Assembly (NCBI RefSeq): GCF_030144855.1
Contig: NC_082711.1
Location: 109,182,001-109,246,000, forward strand
DNA from: Hypanus sabinus
Taxonomy: Eukaryota
Direction: 5' to 3'
DNA length: 64,000 nt
Positions 49,904-62,400 of this stretch are shown here, piece after piece. A program made the translations under genes and the position numbers. Under the pieces are notes generated by a model, which saw only the letters and a program-made list of their open reading frames with translations, searched no databases and was not told the DNA's origin. The stretch's first letter is position 1; each line of letters opens with the position of its first letter.

Positions 49904-50016
49904 CCGATGACGATTTCAAAAGGCCCCAGGTCGGCAATATCAGCATTTTGTTTGCCCTCTACTTTCTCATTACTGTCAACTTCCTCAGTTGCTGCTTCAG
50001 TCTTCTTTTCGGCCAT
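49904..50016 (-). CDS. APOBEC2: APOBEC2 coding exon 1 (acidic N-terminal tail)
   Basis: ATG 50016 gives MAEKKTEAATEEVDSNEKVEGKQNADIADLGPFEIVI-GG|gtgagt; human as recalled reads MAQKEEAA...LPPFEIVTG. Phase-2 donor joins the exon 2 'A' to give Gly. Total 215 aa. Confidence 0.95.
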
Positions 50017-50113
50017 TTCTAGAGGGTACAGGTCAGTGGGATGTGCACAGTCTGACGGCAAGCTCTCCACTGAGCAGGAGAGAAATCCCTGCAGCGTTAA
50101 AATGCCTCACCCA

Positions 50114-50123
50114 CCAAATAAGG
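50114..50123. promoter_or_regulatory. CArG box (SRF site) upstream of APOBEC2
   Basis: CCAAATAAGG is a perfect CC(A/T)6GG about 100 bp upstream of the ATG of a muscle-restricted gene. Confidence 0.55.
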
Positions 50124-51094
50124 AGAGCAAGGGTGGAGAGGGCTTCCAGCTCAAAATAAACTGTAGCTAGGATACCACTACTTGTCCCATCAATCACAGA
50201 TGGCTCTTCTTAATCCTTACATTATCACTATCTATTTATTTGTTTACTGAGATACAGCACAGAGTAGGCCCTTCCTGCCCACCCAGCAATCTCCCTATTT
50301 AATCCTAACGTAATCACGGCACAATTTACAGTGACCAGTTAACCTGCCAACGGTACGTCTTTGGAGTGTGCTGGGAATTGAACCTGGGTTGCTGGTACTG
50401 AAAAGTGTTGTGCTAACCTCTACGGCACTGTGCTACCCTGCACATCTTCCCAACGTATCTATCTTTTTAATTAAATACCAAAAAAAAGGAAAAAGAGGAT
50501 GATAATCTTTGCTTTCATTTCCCCCATGCTTTCCTGAAGCTGTTTGGATGCGACTCCAGGAGTTTCCAAAATGGTCACCCTGTCAATTCTGTCCAACGTC
50601 TCCAGCAGAGACCTCGAAGTATCAAAAAAGTCAGAAATGGTACATGTGACAAGGAATCTGATGCATTGGTATGTCACTAGTGTGACTGTCACTAGAAAGT
50701 ACTTGTTTGAATTTTCCACCGGGAGTCAAAGCAACTCAGAAATTATCTTTATCACATTATGCCCCATATTCAATTGTACAGTACTAGAGTAAAGCCTTTC
50801 TAGACCCATTGAGTCCAATGGAAACATCAGCTACCATTTACATCAATCCCATGTGTTTAATTCTCCCCACACACTCATTAATCCCCACCTCCCCTCCAAG
50901 GTTCATCTACACAACTACATCCTTGGAGCATGTTTACAATGGGAAAATCAGTTTAACGATGCACACATCTCTCACTGGGTCGCAGTGTAAACTCCTGAAG
51001 TGATGTCCAAATGTGCACTGCACACCCCTCTGTTCATTAGACCATCATTCTCAGAGGTTCACAGAAAGCCAGTCTTAAAATTCATCGAGCAAAC

Positions 51095-51297
51095 AGGAGG
51101 AAATCTGCAGATGCTGGAAATTCACACAACACACACCAAATGCTGGTGGAACACAGGAGGCCAGGCAGCATCTATAGGAAGAAGCACTGTCAACGTCTCG
51201 GCCCGAAACGTCGACAGTGCTTCTCCTTATAGGTGCTGCCTGGCCTGCTGTGTTCCACCAGCATTTTGTGTGTGTTGCTTGAAATTCATCATCTGCC
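51095..51297. mobile_element. Penelope-terminus fold-back palindrome with arms of about 85 bp
   Basis: Left arm 51106-51195 pairs with right arm 51208-51296; centre carries ctcggcccGAAACGTCGAC. Confidence 0.85.
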
Positions 51298-51756
51298 ACT
51301 ATCCTTTCAGCATTATTTCTTTAAAGGTTAGTTGCCTTGGACAAAGAAGTGTGATCTAGTATCTAGGGCTGTCACCTTCTGTGTTTCCTATCCTTTATAA
51401 AAAGCAAGAAGAGCCACCATTAAAGGAGAGCTTATTCTACTGCAGCTACTTTAAGGAGGGAGTTTCCTTCTCACGATCCACTGTGGAAAGCAACAAGCAC
51501 GTCAGGGAAGTCAGTAGTTATTCTCAGGGCGTTGCGCCAGAAATTCCTGCCGTCATCGAGACATCCACATCCACTGCTGATCGACTGGAAAATTGTTTAT
51601 GTATCTATCAACTAGTTGCTAAGTGACAAGCCCCACTGCTAATCATGAGGCCCTGTACACTGGCAAGATGTATGTGTTAATCCCGTCATCTGGAGCAGTC
51701 AGAACAAAGTCCTGCCCACAAAATAGCTAACAAAAATAAAACCGAAGGATTATTGA

Positions 51757-52860
51757 CCAGTGACTCTTACTTCAGTGGTGGGCAAATTATTGGAGAAGAT
51801 TCTTAAAGACAGGGGTTTACAAGCATTTGGAGAAACATAGTTTAGTTAGGGATTGTCAGCATGGCTTTGTAAGGGTCAGGTCATGTCTCACAAGACTGAT
51901 TGAATTCTTTGAGGATGTGATGAAGCACATTGATGAAGGTAGAGCAGTGGATGTGGTGTACATGGATTTTAGTAAGGCGTTTGATGAGCTTCCCCACGGT
52001 AGGCTTAGTCCATAAGTCAGAGATCTAGGGAAACTTGGACATGTAGATACAGAGTTGGTTTGTCCATAGAAGGCAGTGTGGGTTGTAGATAGAGAGCTTT
52101 TTGCCTGGGGATCGGTGACCAATGGCATTCCACAGGGATCTGTTCTGAGACCCTGCTCTTTGTGATTACCTGTGACTTAGATGGAGAAGTGGGAGGGTGG
52201 GTTGTTCAGTTTGCAAATGACAGAAAGGTTGGTGGAATTATGGATACTGCAGAAGCTGGAGCACTGATATGATGCAGAGCTGGGCTGAGGAATGGCAGAT
52301 GAGACGTGATTTACTTTGGAAGGTTGAACTTGTAGGCAGAATACAGAATTAATGGCAGGATCCTCAGCAGTGTGGAGGAACAGGGGTATCTTCAGATCCA
52401 TGTCCATAGATGCTAGTTTGTAGTGTCGTTAAGAAGGTGTATGGTGTGTTGGCTTTCACTAGTGGGGAGACTGACGTAATGTTGCAGCTCTGTGAAATCC
52501 TGGTTAGTTCAGACTTGGAATATGGTCGCCTCATTGCAGAAAGGATGTGGAAGCCTTTAGAGAGAGTGCGCAGGAGACTTACCACGATGATGTCTAGACT
52601 AGAGAGCATGTCTTATGAGGATAGGTTGAGTGACCTACGGATTTCTGACTGGGACGAAGGAGGATGAGAGGTGACCTGATAGAGGTTTACAAGTGTCATA
52701 GGTTGAATGAACAGCCAGAGACATTTTCCTAGCATGGAAATGGCTAATACAAGTGGGCATAATTTTAAGATGATTAGAAGAAAGTACAGAGGGGATGTCA
52801 GAGGTAGGTTTCTTACACAGAGAGTGGTGGGTGCAAAGAATGCCCTGTCAGGGGTGGCGG
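51757..52860 (+). mobile_element. CR1 LINE RT/3' fragment, degenerate
   Basis: HGFVRVRSCLTRLIEFFEDV...MDFSKAFD; RGRFLTQRVVGA.NAL. Confidence 0.8.
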
Positions 52861-53041
52861 TAGAACACAGATACAAAGATAGAACCCGGACAGTACAGGA
52901 ACAGGCTCTTTGACCAGAAGTGTTGTCCTGAACCTGCTAAAAAGTAAATTTAAAAAAGACAAAAAATAACCCCTCCTGCCCACACCATGTCCATACCCCT
53001 CCATCTTCCTCATTCTCGTGTGCATATCAAGATGTCTCTTG

Positions 53042-54405
53042 TACAGCATTACAGCATAGTGCAGGCCCTTTGGCCCAAGATGTCGTTCCAACCATTTAAC
53101 CTACTCTAAGATTAATCTAACCATCCCCTCCCACTTGGCCTCCATATGTAAGGTATTTGCCTCTACCTCCACACCAGGCAGCACATTCCAGGCGTCCACC
53201 AGTCTCTGAGTAAAATGTTTACCCCTCACCCCTCCTCTGAACTTACCACGTCTCACCTTCAACGCATGCCCTTTGGTATTAGACATTTTGACCTTGGGAA
53301 AAGATACTGCCTCGCTACTTTGTCTATGCCTTTCAGAATCACATGAACGTCTATCAGTAATCCTCTCAGCCCTCTGCCACTCCGGAGCAAACAGCCCAAG
53401 TTTATCCAGCCTCTCATGACAGCACACGCCTTCTAAACCAGGCAGCATCCTGGTAAACCTCTTCTGCTTCTCTTCCAAAGCCTCAACATCCTTCCTATAA
53501 TGGGGTGACCAGAACTGTATGCAAACCTCCAGATGTGGCCAAAATTAACCATAATTGTATAAAATTGCAACATACTTTCTTGACTTTAGAACTCAGTGCC
53601 TCGACTAATAAAAGCATAAGTCTTCTTAACCACCCTATTGACCTGTGTAGCCACTTACATGGAGCTGTGAACTTGAGCCCCAAGATCTCTCTGCACTGTG
53701 ACACCGTTAATGGTTTTGCCCTACCAAGGGGCAACACTTCACATTTATCTGGGTTAAACCTCATCTGCTTTTTCTCTGCCCATATCTTCCATTGATCTAT
53801 CTCACGCTGTATTCTTTGCCAGTCTTCTACACTATGCACAACTCCAGCAATCTTGGTATCACCTGCAAACTGACTAACCCACCCACCTTAATTTTAATCC
53901 TGGTCTGTTATATACATCACAAAACAGCAGAGGTCCCAGTGGAACTCCAGTGATTACAGACCTCCAGCTCGAATGTCCCTTCAACCACTGCCCCGCCTTC
54001 TACATGCAAGGTCATTCAGAATCCAAAAAAACAATTTTCCATGGATCCCAAGCATCTTAATCTTCTGTATTAGCCTTCCATGAAGGACTTGGTCAAACGC
54101 CTTACTAAAATCAATGTGGACAACATCCACTGCTCTACTTTCATCAATCTCTCTCATCAATCTCTCTAATCAAAAAACTCATTCAAGTTGGTAAGACATG
54201 ACTTGCCTCACACAAAGCCATGCTGGCTCTCCCTAATTAGGCCATGGGTTTCCAAATGCTCATATATCCTCTCCCTAAGAATTTTCTCCAGCAATTTCCC
54301 TACAACTTTCGTGAGACTCACCTGTCTATAATTCTCAGGATTTTCCCTTGTTCCCTTCTCAAATAGAGGTTCAGCATTAGCCACTCGCCAGTCCTCCGGG
54401 TGCAA
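53042..54405 (-). mobile_element. CR1 LINE RT/3' fragment, degenerate, tail-to-tail with the previous copy
   Basis: Minus ORFs: PEDWRVAN..PLFEKG...HGLIRESQHGFV; FNPDKCEVL; RRFTRMLPGLEG...WNVLPG. Confidence 0.8.
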
Positions 54406-57367
54406 CTTGCACTCACGGGGTTACAGTTGTACGTTAGGTACATTTAAGAAACTTTTAGATAGGCTCATGGACGATAGGAAAATGGAGAGCTATGCAGGAG
54501 AGAATAGCTTGATTAATCTTAGAGTAGGTTAAATGGTTGGCACAACATCATAGGCCGAAAGGCCTGCACTATGCTGTAATGTGTGTTCTATTAAAAGACT
54601 CTTTAAAATAATATAAAAACATTAGTTAAAATAAATTAATTTAAAGAAGTGAACAGAAACTAAAATGTTTAAGTCATTGTAAAATAATTACAAACATTTA
54701 ATTAAATATAAATAATTTAGAAAATCAATTACTCTATCCTTACCTTACTCCCTCACAGTTGTTGTTCTTCGCAGGAACAGCGGGAGTTGCTCTAACCAGC
54801 GCAGGCTCAAACAGCCAATTCCATACATAAATGCAGAGAACTCCACCAGTTGCTGAACTCCACATGGACCAGCATCAGAAAAACATTGGGTGATTCCAGC
54901 CGGGGAGTTCAGGATCACTGGTTCAATAAAATAATGCTACCAAAATGTGACAAAATTAATTTCTCAATGGGTGCTAATTGCTCTTGCCTGGTTTAACTCG
55001 AATTTCAACCACGCGGCCCTTTTTAGAAGCTGTGCGAGCAAATATTTTGTCTAAGGTCTTATTCTCATCCTGTTGCTCTGTGCATATACACTTTAGTGAA
55101 GCTTTAACATCAGACTGATATAATGATCTATAGTACATACGGCAGATCCAGATAATAATCTATTAACTGAGCAAAAGTTCAGGATTCCAGTCAAGTGCTG
55201 CTGCTCCTGGGACACTTGAACTTCCACAGACTTCCCCAGTGATCCTCAACTAGGTTACCATACACAGAAAATGCTGGTTTCTCTGGCGTAAGTGAGTAGA
55301 ACAGGTCCTGCCTGAAGAATGACTACACCTTTTTTTCTGATTTATCTGATTTTATACAGTTAATTAAACATTGATTTCATAGTATGTGTGTGTTTAGTGT
55401 ATCAATTTTGATATTTTAATACTTTCCCAGACATCTTTGAAAGTTTACAAATATGTCAGCTATTGCAAGCATTCAATATACTGTGAGAGCTTTGATAGCT
55501 AATGAGCTATGCAGTGGTGGGGAAGGTGGGGGGGTGCCTGGGTTTGTAGCTGATGTGGCGGAGTTTTATTGGCTGTTTGGAGTGCAGCCACCCTCTTCAG
55601 TTCAGAATAGTCTTGGCTGCAGTTCCTCTCCAGTCCACTAGGCGCAGTCTTCATGGAATAAGACAGCACCTGGACCAGGTGGGAATTACCAACATGGTCA
55701 GGCACCTGGAGAGGTATCCAAGTGGAAGATTAAATTTCCAGTGATAGGCTCCTCCTCATTATGCCAGCAGATCCAGTCTCCACCCAGACTGTGTTGTTGG
55801 TCTTCAAGGTGTGAAACCCCCAGTGTGTTGGGCCGTGTTAGGGCATATTCTGGAGCGAGGCTATACAGAAAATATTAAATTCACCATCAACCAATCTTCA
55901 GGCATGAACGTGGATTGTAGATTGAATTTAAAATGCAGCCCGCAACAATAGTTTCCTGGGGCTATGGACACCAGTTGATTGCAAACCAGACAATGCTGAT
56001 TAACATTCATTTTGGGTGTCTGGAGTGTGAGTGCAAAGAAGGAGGTGTGTGAAAACTGTATGTAATTCAAAGGAAGCATTGTAACTATAGAATTGTCCTG
56101 CTGTTACCTTTAATCTTTAGCATATAAAAAAATGTCACATGATATTGGGCCGGAAGGCCTCTTCCTCCCGAGAGGGTCTCAGTATGATGTCTGCTGCTCA
56201 TTTTTGTTGAATAAAACACTTCTGTATCCATTAGCTTCAGTGTCTCTCTAGTGACTTTATTCACATTACAACAAGCTGTCACATCCAGATCAGATTAATA
56301 TGGGGCAGGGATTTCAGAAAGGAGATAAAAGCTGTTTCATTAGTTCACTGAGTTTTTAATGTAAAGGAGGTATCATCAGAGTGCCCATGATCTTTGTAAT
56401 GGTGACCTGCTCCATCATCAAACTTTTTTCTTCACCATCTAACAAACTATCATAGACACAAAAGATTCTGCAGATGCTAGAAATCTTGAGGAACCCAGGC
56501 AAAAAACCTGTTGAGTGTTTCAGCTGAAATGATGCTATCTGACCTGCTGAGTTCTCCCAGTGTTTCCTTGCCTATTTTAAGCTAATGACCCAATTCCAAT
56601 TTTAGAAACCTTGTTCCACAGCTGGCAGAGCAGAGACAGACTTGGACAGTAAACTTCATCGCCAGTGAAACTCAATCAAGGATCATGTTTTATCTGCTTC
56701 ATCACTGAAATGTGAGTTCACTTTGGCAAGTCTAATCAAGCATTCCATCTGGGGCAAAGATTTGACCAGCCCTGTGCAAAGACCACTGGACCTTTGCTAA
56801 CACACGGTCTCATTTTTAACACTGGCTCCAGCTGATCAAATTAGCTCAAAGACCCTGAAAGACTCTGGAGTTATAAAGGAAGAAAACTAACCTGTGATCT
56901 GATAAATTCTTTTGTAAAGTGCTTGCTTATGAAAGTGTGGCAAAAGGGTAGAGTGGGTTTGGAGGTTTTGATCAGTGCTCATCGCCGTGATTAAATGTGG
57001 AAGGCTCAGTGTGGGAGGGTTGCTGTCACAAAGTTCAGAAGTAGGCCGCTCACCAAGATTTGCTGAGGAATAGCTTCAACCTTAAATACAGCCAGTTTCT
57101 TTGCCTGTTTCAGTTGCCAAGAATCCACAGTCAGGATCCTGAAGGAAGTTTAGCTTCACAGTAAGGATGGAGCATTCACCATATGCCAGAGGAGAATGGT
57201 GGTTCAAAGTTCAAGCAGGCAGACCATTTTCCCAATGACCCTTATTGCATGTCACTAATAAATATTGTATTATGCAACAGCGTTTCTTGGAGAACATCTA
57301 CCCAAACCAGAAAATAATCTGCAGATGTCTAAACAGTGTATCGACCTGTGAACAATAATATCTCATT

Positions 57368-57614
57368 GTAGCGTAGTGGTCAGCTCAACCCGTTACAGTA
57401 CGGGGGGAGCCAGGTTCAACTCCCACCACTGCCTGTACGGAGTCAGTACGTTCTGCGTGGGTTTCCTCCGGCTGCCCCGGGGTTTCCTCCCACAGTCCAA
57501 AGATGTACCATTGGTAGGTTAATTGGTCATTGTAAACTGTTCTATGATTATGCCAGAGTTAAAATAGGGGATTGTTGGGCGGTGTGGCTCAAAGTGCTGT
57601 ATCTCAATAAATAA
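57368..57614 (+). mobile_element. tRNA-derived V-SINE-like SINE
   Basis: gtagcgtagtggt box A, ggttcaactccc box B, gggtttcctccgg...ggtttcctcccacagtccaaaga core. Confidence 0.72.
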
Positions 57615-57723
57615 TTTCTTCTTTTGCTCTATTTATATAATTTGTAATGTACAGCAATTGCATGTTTTCCACTGCAATGCTGCCACAAAATAGCAAATTT
57701 CTCACGATATACTTGTAAGACAT

Positions 57724-58100
57724 GAGAGGTGGAGTGGAGATATGTTTCTACCTAAGGAGGTGTAAGGTGCTCCTTCCCTCCGCTAGCCCGCAAGTCACCC
57801 TTGCACAAGGGGTAGCACCTGCTTAGCCCCCCTATCAGGGTCACGTGAAGCCCTGGGAGCAGGTAGTGGATGGTTGTCTGAGCAGCCGGTACAGATCACA
57901 AGCTCTGGTTATGTGACCACAGACGCCAGACAGACAATCTCTGAAGAGTATTGATAATGGCTGGGGTCACTCGTCTTGTAAAGACTCTGCCCAGGAGAAG
58001 GCAATGGCAAACTATTTCTGCAGAAAAATTTACCAAGAACAATCATGGTCACGGAAAGATCGTGATTGCTGACGTCATAAAAAATGGTACATAATGAATG
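57724..58100 (+). mobile_element. About 380-bp SINE-like repeat with RTE/Bov-A-like module, second copy
   Basis: Collinear with 17233-17612 throughout. Confidence 0.72.
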
Positions 58101-58334
58101 AAACTGTAAGCCAGTGATAATAAACCAGATTCTGATTCTGATTATGGAAGTCTCCACCACACTGAGTAATTGAGGCAAATAATGGCAATGTACATGCACA
58201 AGGGAGAATGAAATATGTTAGATTCAAGAAGAGTGGGAGGAAACTTCTTTGGAGCATAAAAATGAGGATGGATTGGTGGGCTGGAATCGCCTGGTTATAT
58301 GCTGTGAAAACCTATACAATGTTTTATATAGAAT

Positions 58335-59737
58335 TCAGTCTAAGATCCCCTCGTGCTTTAAGAAGGCAACGATAATCCTGGTGCCGAAGAAAAGCAAGGT
58401 GGCATGTCTGAATGACTATTGACTTGTTGCTCTGACATCAATTGCTATGAAGTGCTTCAAGTGATTGGTTATGGCCTACCGGTCAACCTCAACGCTTTGC
58501 AATTTGCCTGTCGGAGCAACAGGTCAAAGGCAGATGCCATCTCTCTGGCACTACATTCCTACTTGGAACACCTGGAGAATAAAAACACATATGTAAAGCT
58601 CCTTTACATCGACTACAGCTCTGCCTTTAACACCATCATTCCAAATAAACTGATTCCTAAGCTCCAGAACCTGGGTCTCAGCACTCAGATCTGCAGCTGG
58701 ATCTTCAACTTCCTCACAGACAGGACACAGGCTGTAAAAATAGGGGACAATCTCTCCTCTACAATCACTCTGAGCACCGGTGCCCCACAAGACTGTGTAC
58801 TCAGCCCCCTGCTGTACTCACTGTACACCCCTGATTGTGTAGCCAAGTTTCCATCAAACTCAATATACAAGTTTGCTGATGACACCACAATTGTAGGCCA
58901 TATCTTGGATAATAATGAGTCTGAGTACAGAGAGGAAATTAAGAACCTGGTGGATTGGTGCGAAGACAATAACCTATCCCTCAATGTCTGCAAGACGAAG
59001 GAATTGGTTGTTGACTTAAGAAGGAGTAGCAGACCACACAACCCCATCTACATCAGTGGTGCGCAGGTGGAACAGGTCAAAAGCTTTAAGTTCCTCGGGG
59101 TAAATATCACAAGTGACCTGACTTGGTCCACTGCCAAGAAGGCCCACCAGCGCCTTTACTTCCTGAGAAAGCTGAAGAAATTTGGCCTGTCCTCTAAAAT
59201 CCTCACTAATTTTTATAGATACACCATAGAAAGCATTCTTCTAGGGTGCATCACAACCTGGTATGGAAGCTGCAGAAGATCGCGAACATAGCCCAGCACA
59301 TCATATAAACCAATCTTCCATCCTTGGACTCACTTTACACCGCATGATGTCGAAGCAGTGCTGCCAGGATAAACAAAGGACACGACCCACCCAGCCAACA
59401 CACATTTTGTCCCTCTTCCCTCCAGGGGAAGGGTCAGGACCTTGAAGACTCGTACGGCCAGATTTGGGAACAGCTTCTTTCCAACTGTGATAAGACTGCT
59501 GAACGGATCTTGACTCGGTTCTGGGCCAGACCTTCCAAATATCCGGACCTGTCTCTCAGTTTTTTTTTGCACCACCTTACTTTCTCATTTCTATTTTTTA
59601 TTATGATTTATAATTTAAATTTTTATTATATTTACTATCAATTTGTACTCCAGGGAGTGCGAAGCGCAGAATCATATATCGCTGTGATGATTGTATGCTC
59701 TAGTATCAATTGTTTGGTGACAATAAAGTAAAGTAAA
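58335..59737 (+). mobile_element. Rex/Babar-like LINE, 5'-truncated, RT largely open
   Basis: ORF 58419-59291: QFACRSNRS.ADAI...IDYSSAFNTIIP..LIPKL...GAPQDCVLSPLLYSLYT...KFADDTTIVG...FKFLGV; tail aataaagtaaagtaaa. Confidence 0.88.
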
Positions 59738-59744
59738 CCTTCAC

Positions 59745-59955
59745 CTTGCAAACACAAGGAAATCTGCAGATGCTGGAAATTCACACAACGCACACAAAAT
59801 GCTGGTGGTACACAGCAGGCCAGGCAGCATCTATAGCGAAAAGCGCTGTTGAAGTTTCGGGCCAAGACCTGACGAAGGGTCAGGTGAAAACTGACAGTGC
59901 TCCCTATAAATGCTGCCTGGCTTGCTGTGTTCCACCAGCATTTTGTGTGTGTTGC
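59745..59955. mobile_element. Penelope-terminus fold-back palindrome
   Basis: Same arms as the 51.1-kb copy; centre retains CTGACGAAGGGTC (59869-59881). Confidence 0.85.
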
Positions 59956-62169
59956 TTAAACATTTACCTTGGTGCTAATATCCCTCTCACCTCATCTCCA
60001 CCTTAATGGTTAAATAATACTTTGATATTGCTTATTCCATGCATTTGTGGAGGATGATCTTGTCATCTTCTGCCCTACGAGCAGAGATGGGGAGAAAGCT
60101 GGAGAGGTTTACACGGCTGCTTGGGTTACGGTATTGAGTCTCCAAGCTTGAAGATGTTGGAAACCACTGTCTTTTTTTTAATCAGACCTTTTACAAAGTT
60201 TGTACTTTTTCACAAACTCATGTATTTTTCACATTCGCTGGCAGAAAGCGGTAAAACTAACGATAGCGATAAAACTAACGGTTTATCACCTTCCTCATTT
60301 TTCATTGGCTAAGTATTAGCACAATACCCACATGATATAATTGACTTAATTATGTAGCCAATTAATTCATTCATTCCTATCTAAGGAATTTACTTTTATC
60401 TTATTTATAAAAGTGAAAGATTTTTCAGAGGCACCATCTTTATTCTTTTGTCTATACACCTCTTAGCATAATTTTCCAGCTCTTTATTTACTTTGTTTAG
60501 TATTTGTTTGTTTGTTTGTACTCTAAAATAAACTGTAATCTTGGAATTAAGACTGCTGGCTATTCTTAACAGCTGGAATAACCCTAAACATCAGAAAATG
60601 AATGGCGATCTGACAGAGACCTTCCACTGCTATCCATTCCATTGAAGCCCACAAAGAGTTAAAAGGGCACATTTGCAGAAGAAGTCATTTTTTAAAGTGT
60701 CCCTTCAACAAGCAAGGAAGTTCATCGGGTTCCAACATGAAAATCAGACTCTCTGAGAGGAACCTTGCCTATGGCAGCAGAGTTTCAGGGACAGTGACTA
60801 ATGTTAAGAGGAATTTCACCTCTGTGCACTAAGTCACTGCTTACTGGTGGTACATTACACAGTTTATTAGGCTGAGCACACTGTGTCGAAGACCAAGGAT
60901 AAACCATTTAACTAAAATGTCAGCAGCCCATGAGGTGGTGACATCGATGCCACATCAGCCCACTGCTGCCAGTATTCTAACGTGCTCTTCACCTCAGCCA
61001 GTTTCCAGTTGACCCACAGCTCACCTCAAACTTTATATATAAATGTTATCAACTGTCCTTAAATAAAACTTCCTCTGCAACAGGATTCACTTTTTATACC
61101 CCTTTCTCAATGCCATTAAGTTGACAAGGGAACTGTCATGCATTTTGTTGAAAGTCAACTATTTTTATAGTTTATCAAGGATGGTCTTCGTAGCTTGCCA
61201 TAGAAGTTTTCACAAGGGCAGAGATCATTTTGTTGCAGCTGAGATGGAGAAAAAGCAATGGGTTTAGTGCAATGGGTTTTTTTATGCCATGGGACAACAC
61301 CATTAACCAAGGAGGCTGCAGACCCTAGGTTAGGAAACTTCTATGGTTGAAAATGCAACCCAAAGTCTGGTTAGGTGAAAGAGAGCGTGGCTGCACTATC
61401 ATCTCGGGAGCTGAAGGTGACACTTCCACTCCACTTCTGAGGGTTCTGAGGAGGCTGATACGACGTCAATGTGGAAGCTGGAAACTCTCCACAGATGGGA
61501 CAACAAGAACCCCTGAGGACAGGCGGGTGGCTTGTGAGACGGACGCTCTCCTTCAGCCAACTAACACTGTGTGCTCCCAGTTCTCAACACCGTCCTGAAT
61601 GCTCCTCTTCCACTTTGCATGGTTTTGGTCCAAGGATCCCCAGAGGTCAGTGAAGATTTTTAAAATATATCCTTACATCTTTTCCTGTCTCCCTGGTCAT
61701 TTCTTCCAGAGCAAAGTTGATCAGTGAGTTCTCTGTTATGTCTCCCCTCTCACTGTGAACAGGGGCTCCTCTTTTTCCCTTATTAGGGAGAGAGAGAGAA
61801 AGAGCCTGTGGTATGTCGAATACTGGGTGAACGAGTAGTCTTTGGGGTACTGCAAATCTGTGTCTTTATTGAAGCTTTGCTGCACACTTGAGTGCTTGGT
61901 GGAGGGTGGTGGTGCTTTTTTGCTGGGAGAGGTAGGGGGTCGTTACCTTGCTACTGGTTGTGCATGAGAGGGGAATCTGGGGGGACGGCTTTGGGGTTCT
62001 AACATTTTAACTGTCATTCATTCTTTGTGACTCTATTTTCGTGGATGTTTATGAAGAAAAAGAATTTCAGGATGAATATTTTATAGATTTCTCCAGTATT
62101 AAATGTATCTATTGAAACCTATTGATATGAAGTGTCGGTTTTGAAAATCTGGTGCAAAAAGAATTTGGA

Positions 62170-62400
62170 GCTAAAAAGAAACAACAGGAGGAAGTCAGTG
62201 GTTCGTGCTGTATCTGTGGAGAGGAAGAGTCAGCTGAAGATTCAGGGGATATTCTTCATCAGGACGGAAAGGTGAAAGATAGATAGTCTTTGTAAAGAGG
62301 TGAGAAAGGGATGGTACAACAGCTGCCAAGCTGGTGGATCCAGGTGAGGAGAGGTGACGGGCAGATGGTGGAGGGAAGTGGAAGTACTGAAAGAGGCTGG
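62170..62400 (-). mobile_element. Penelope 3'-terminal fragment, degenerate
   Basis: cttcatcaggacgg (CTGATGA on -) followed by the purine-rich Penelope tail. Confidence 0.5.
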
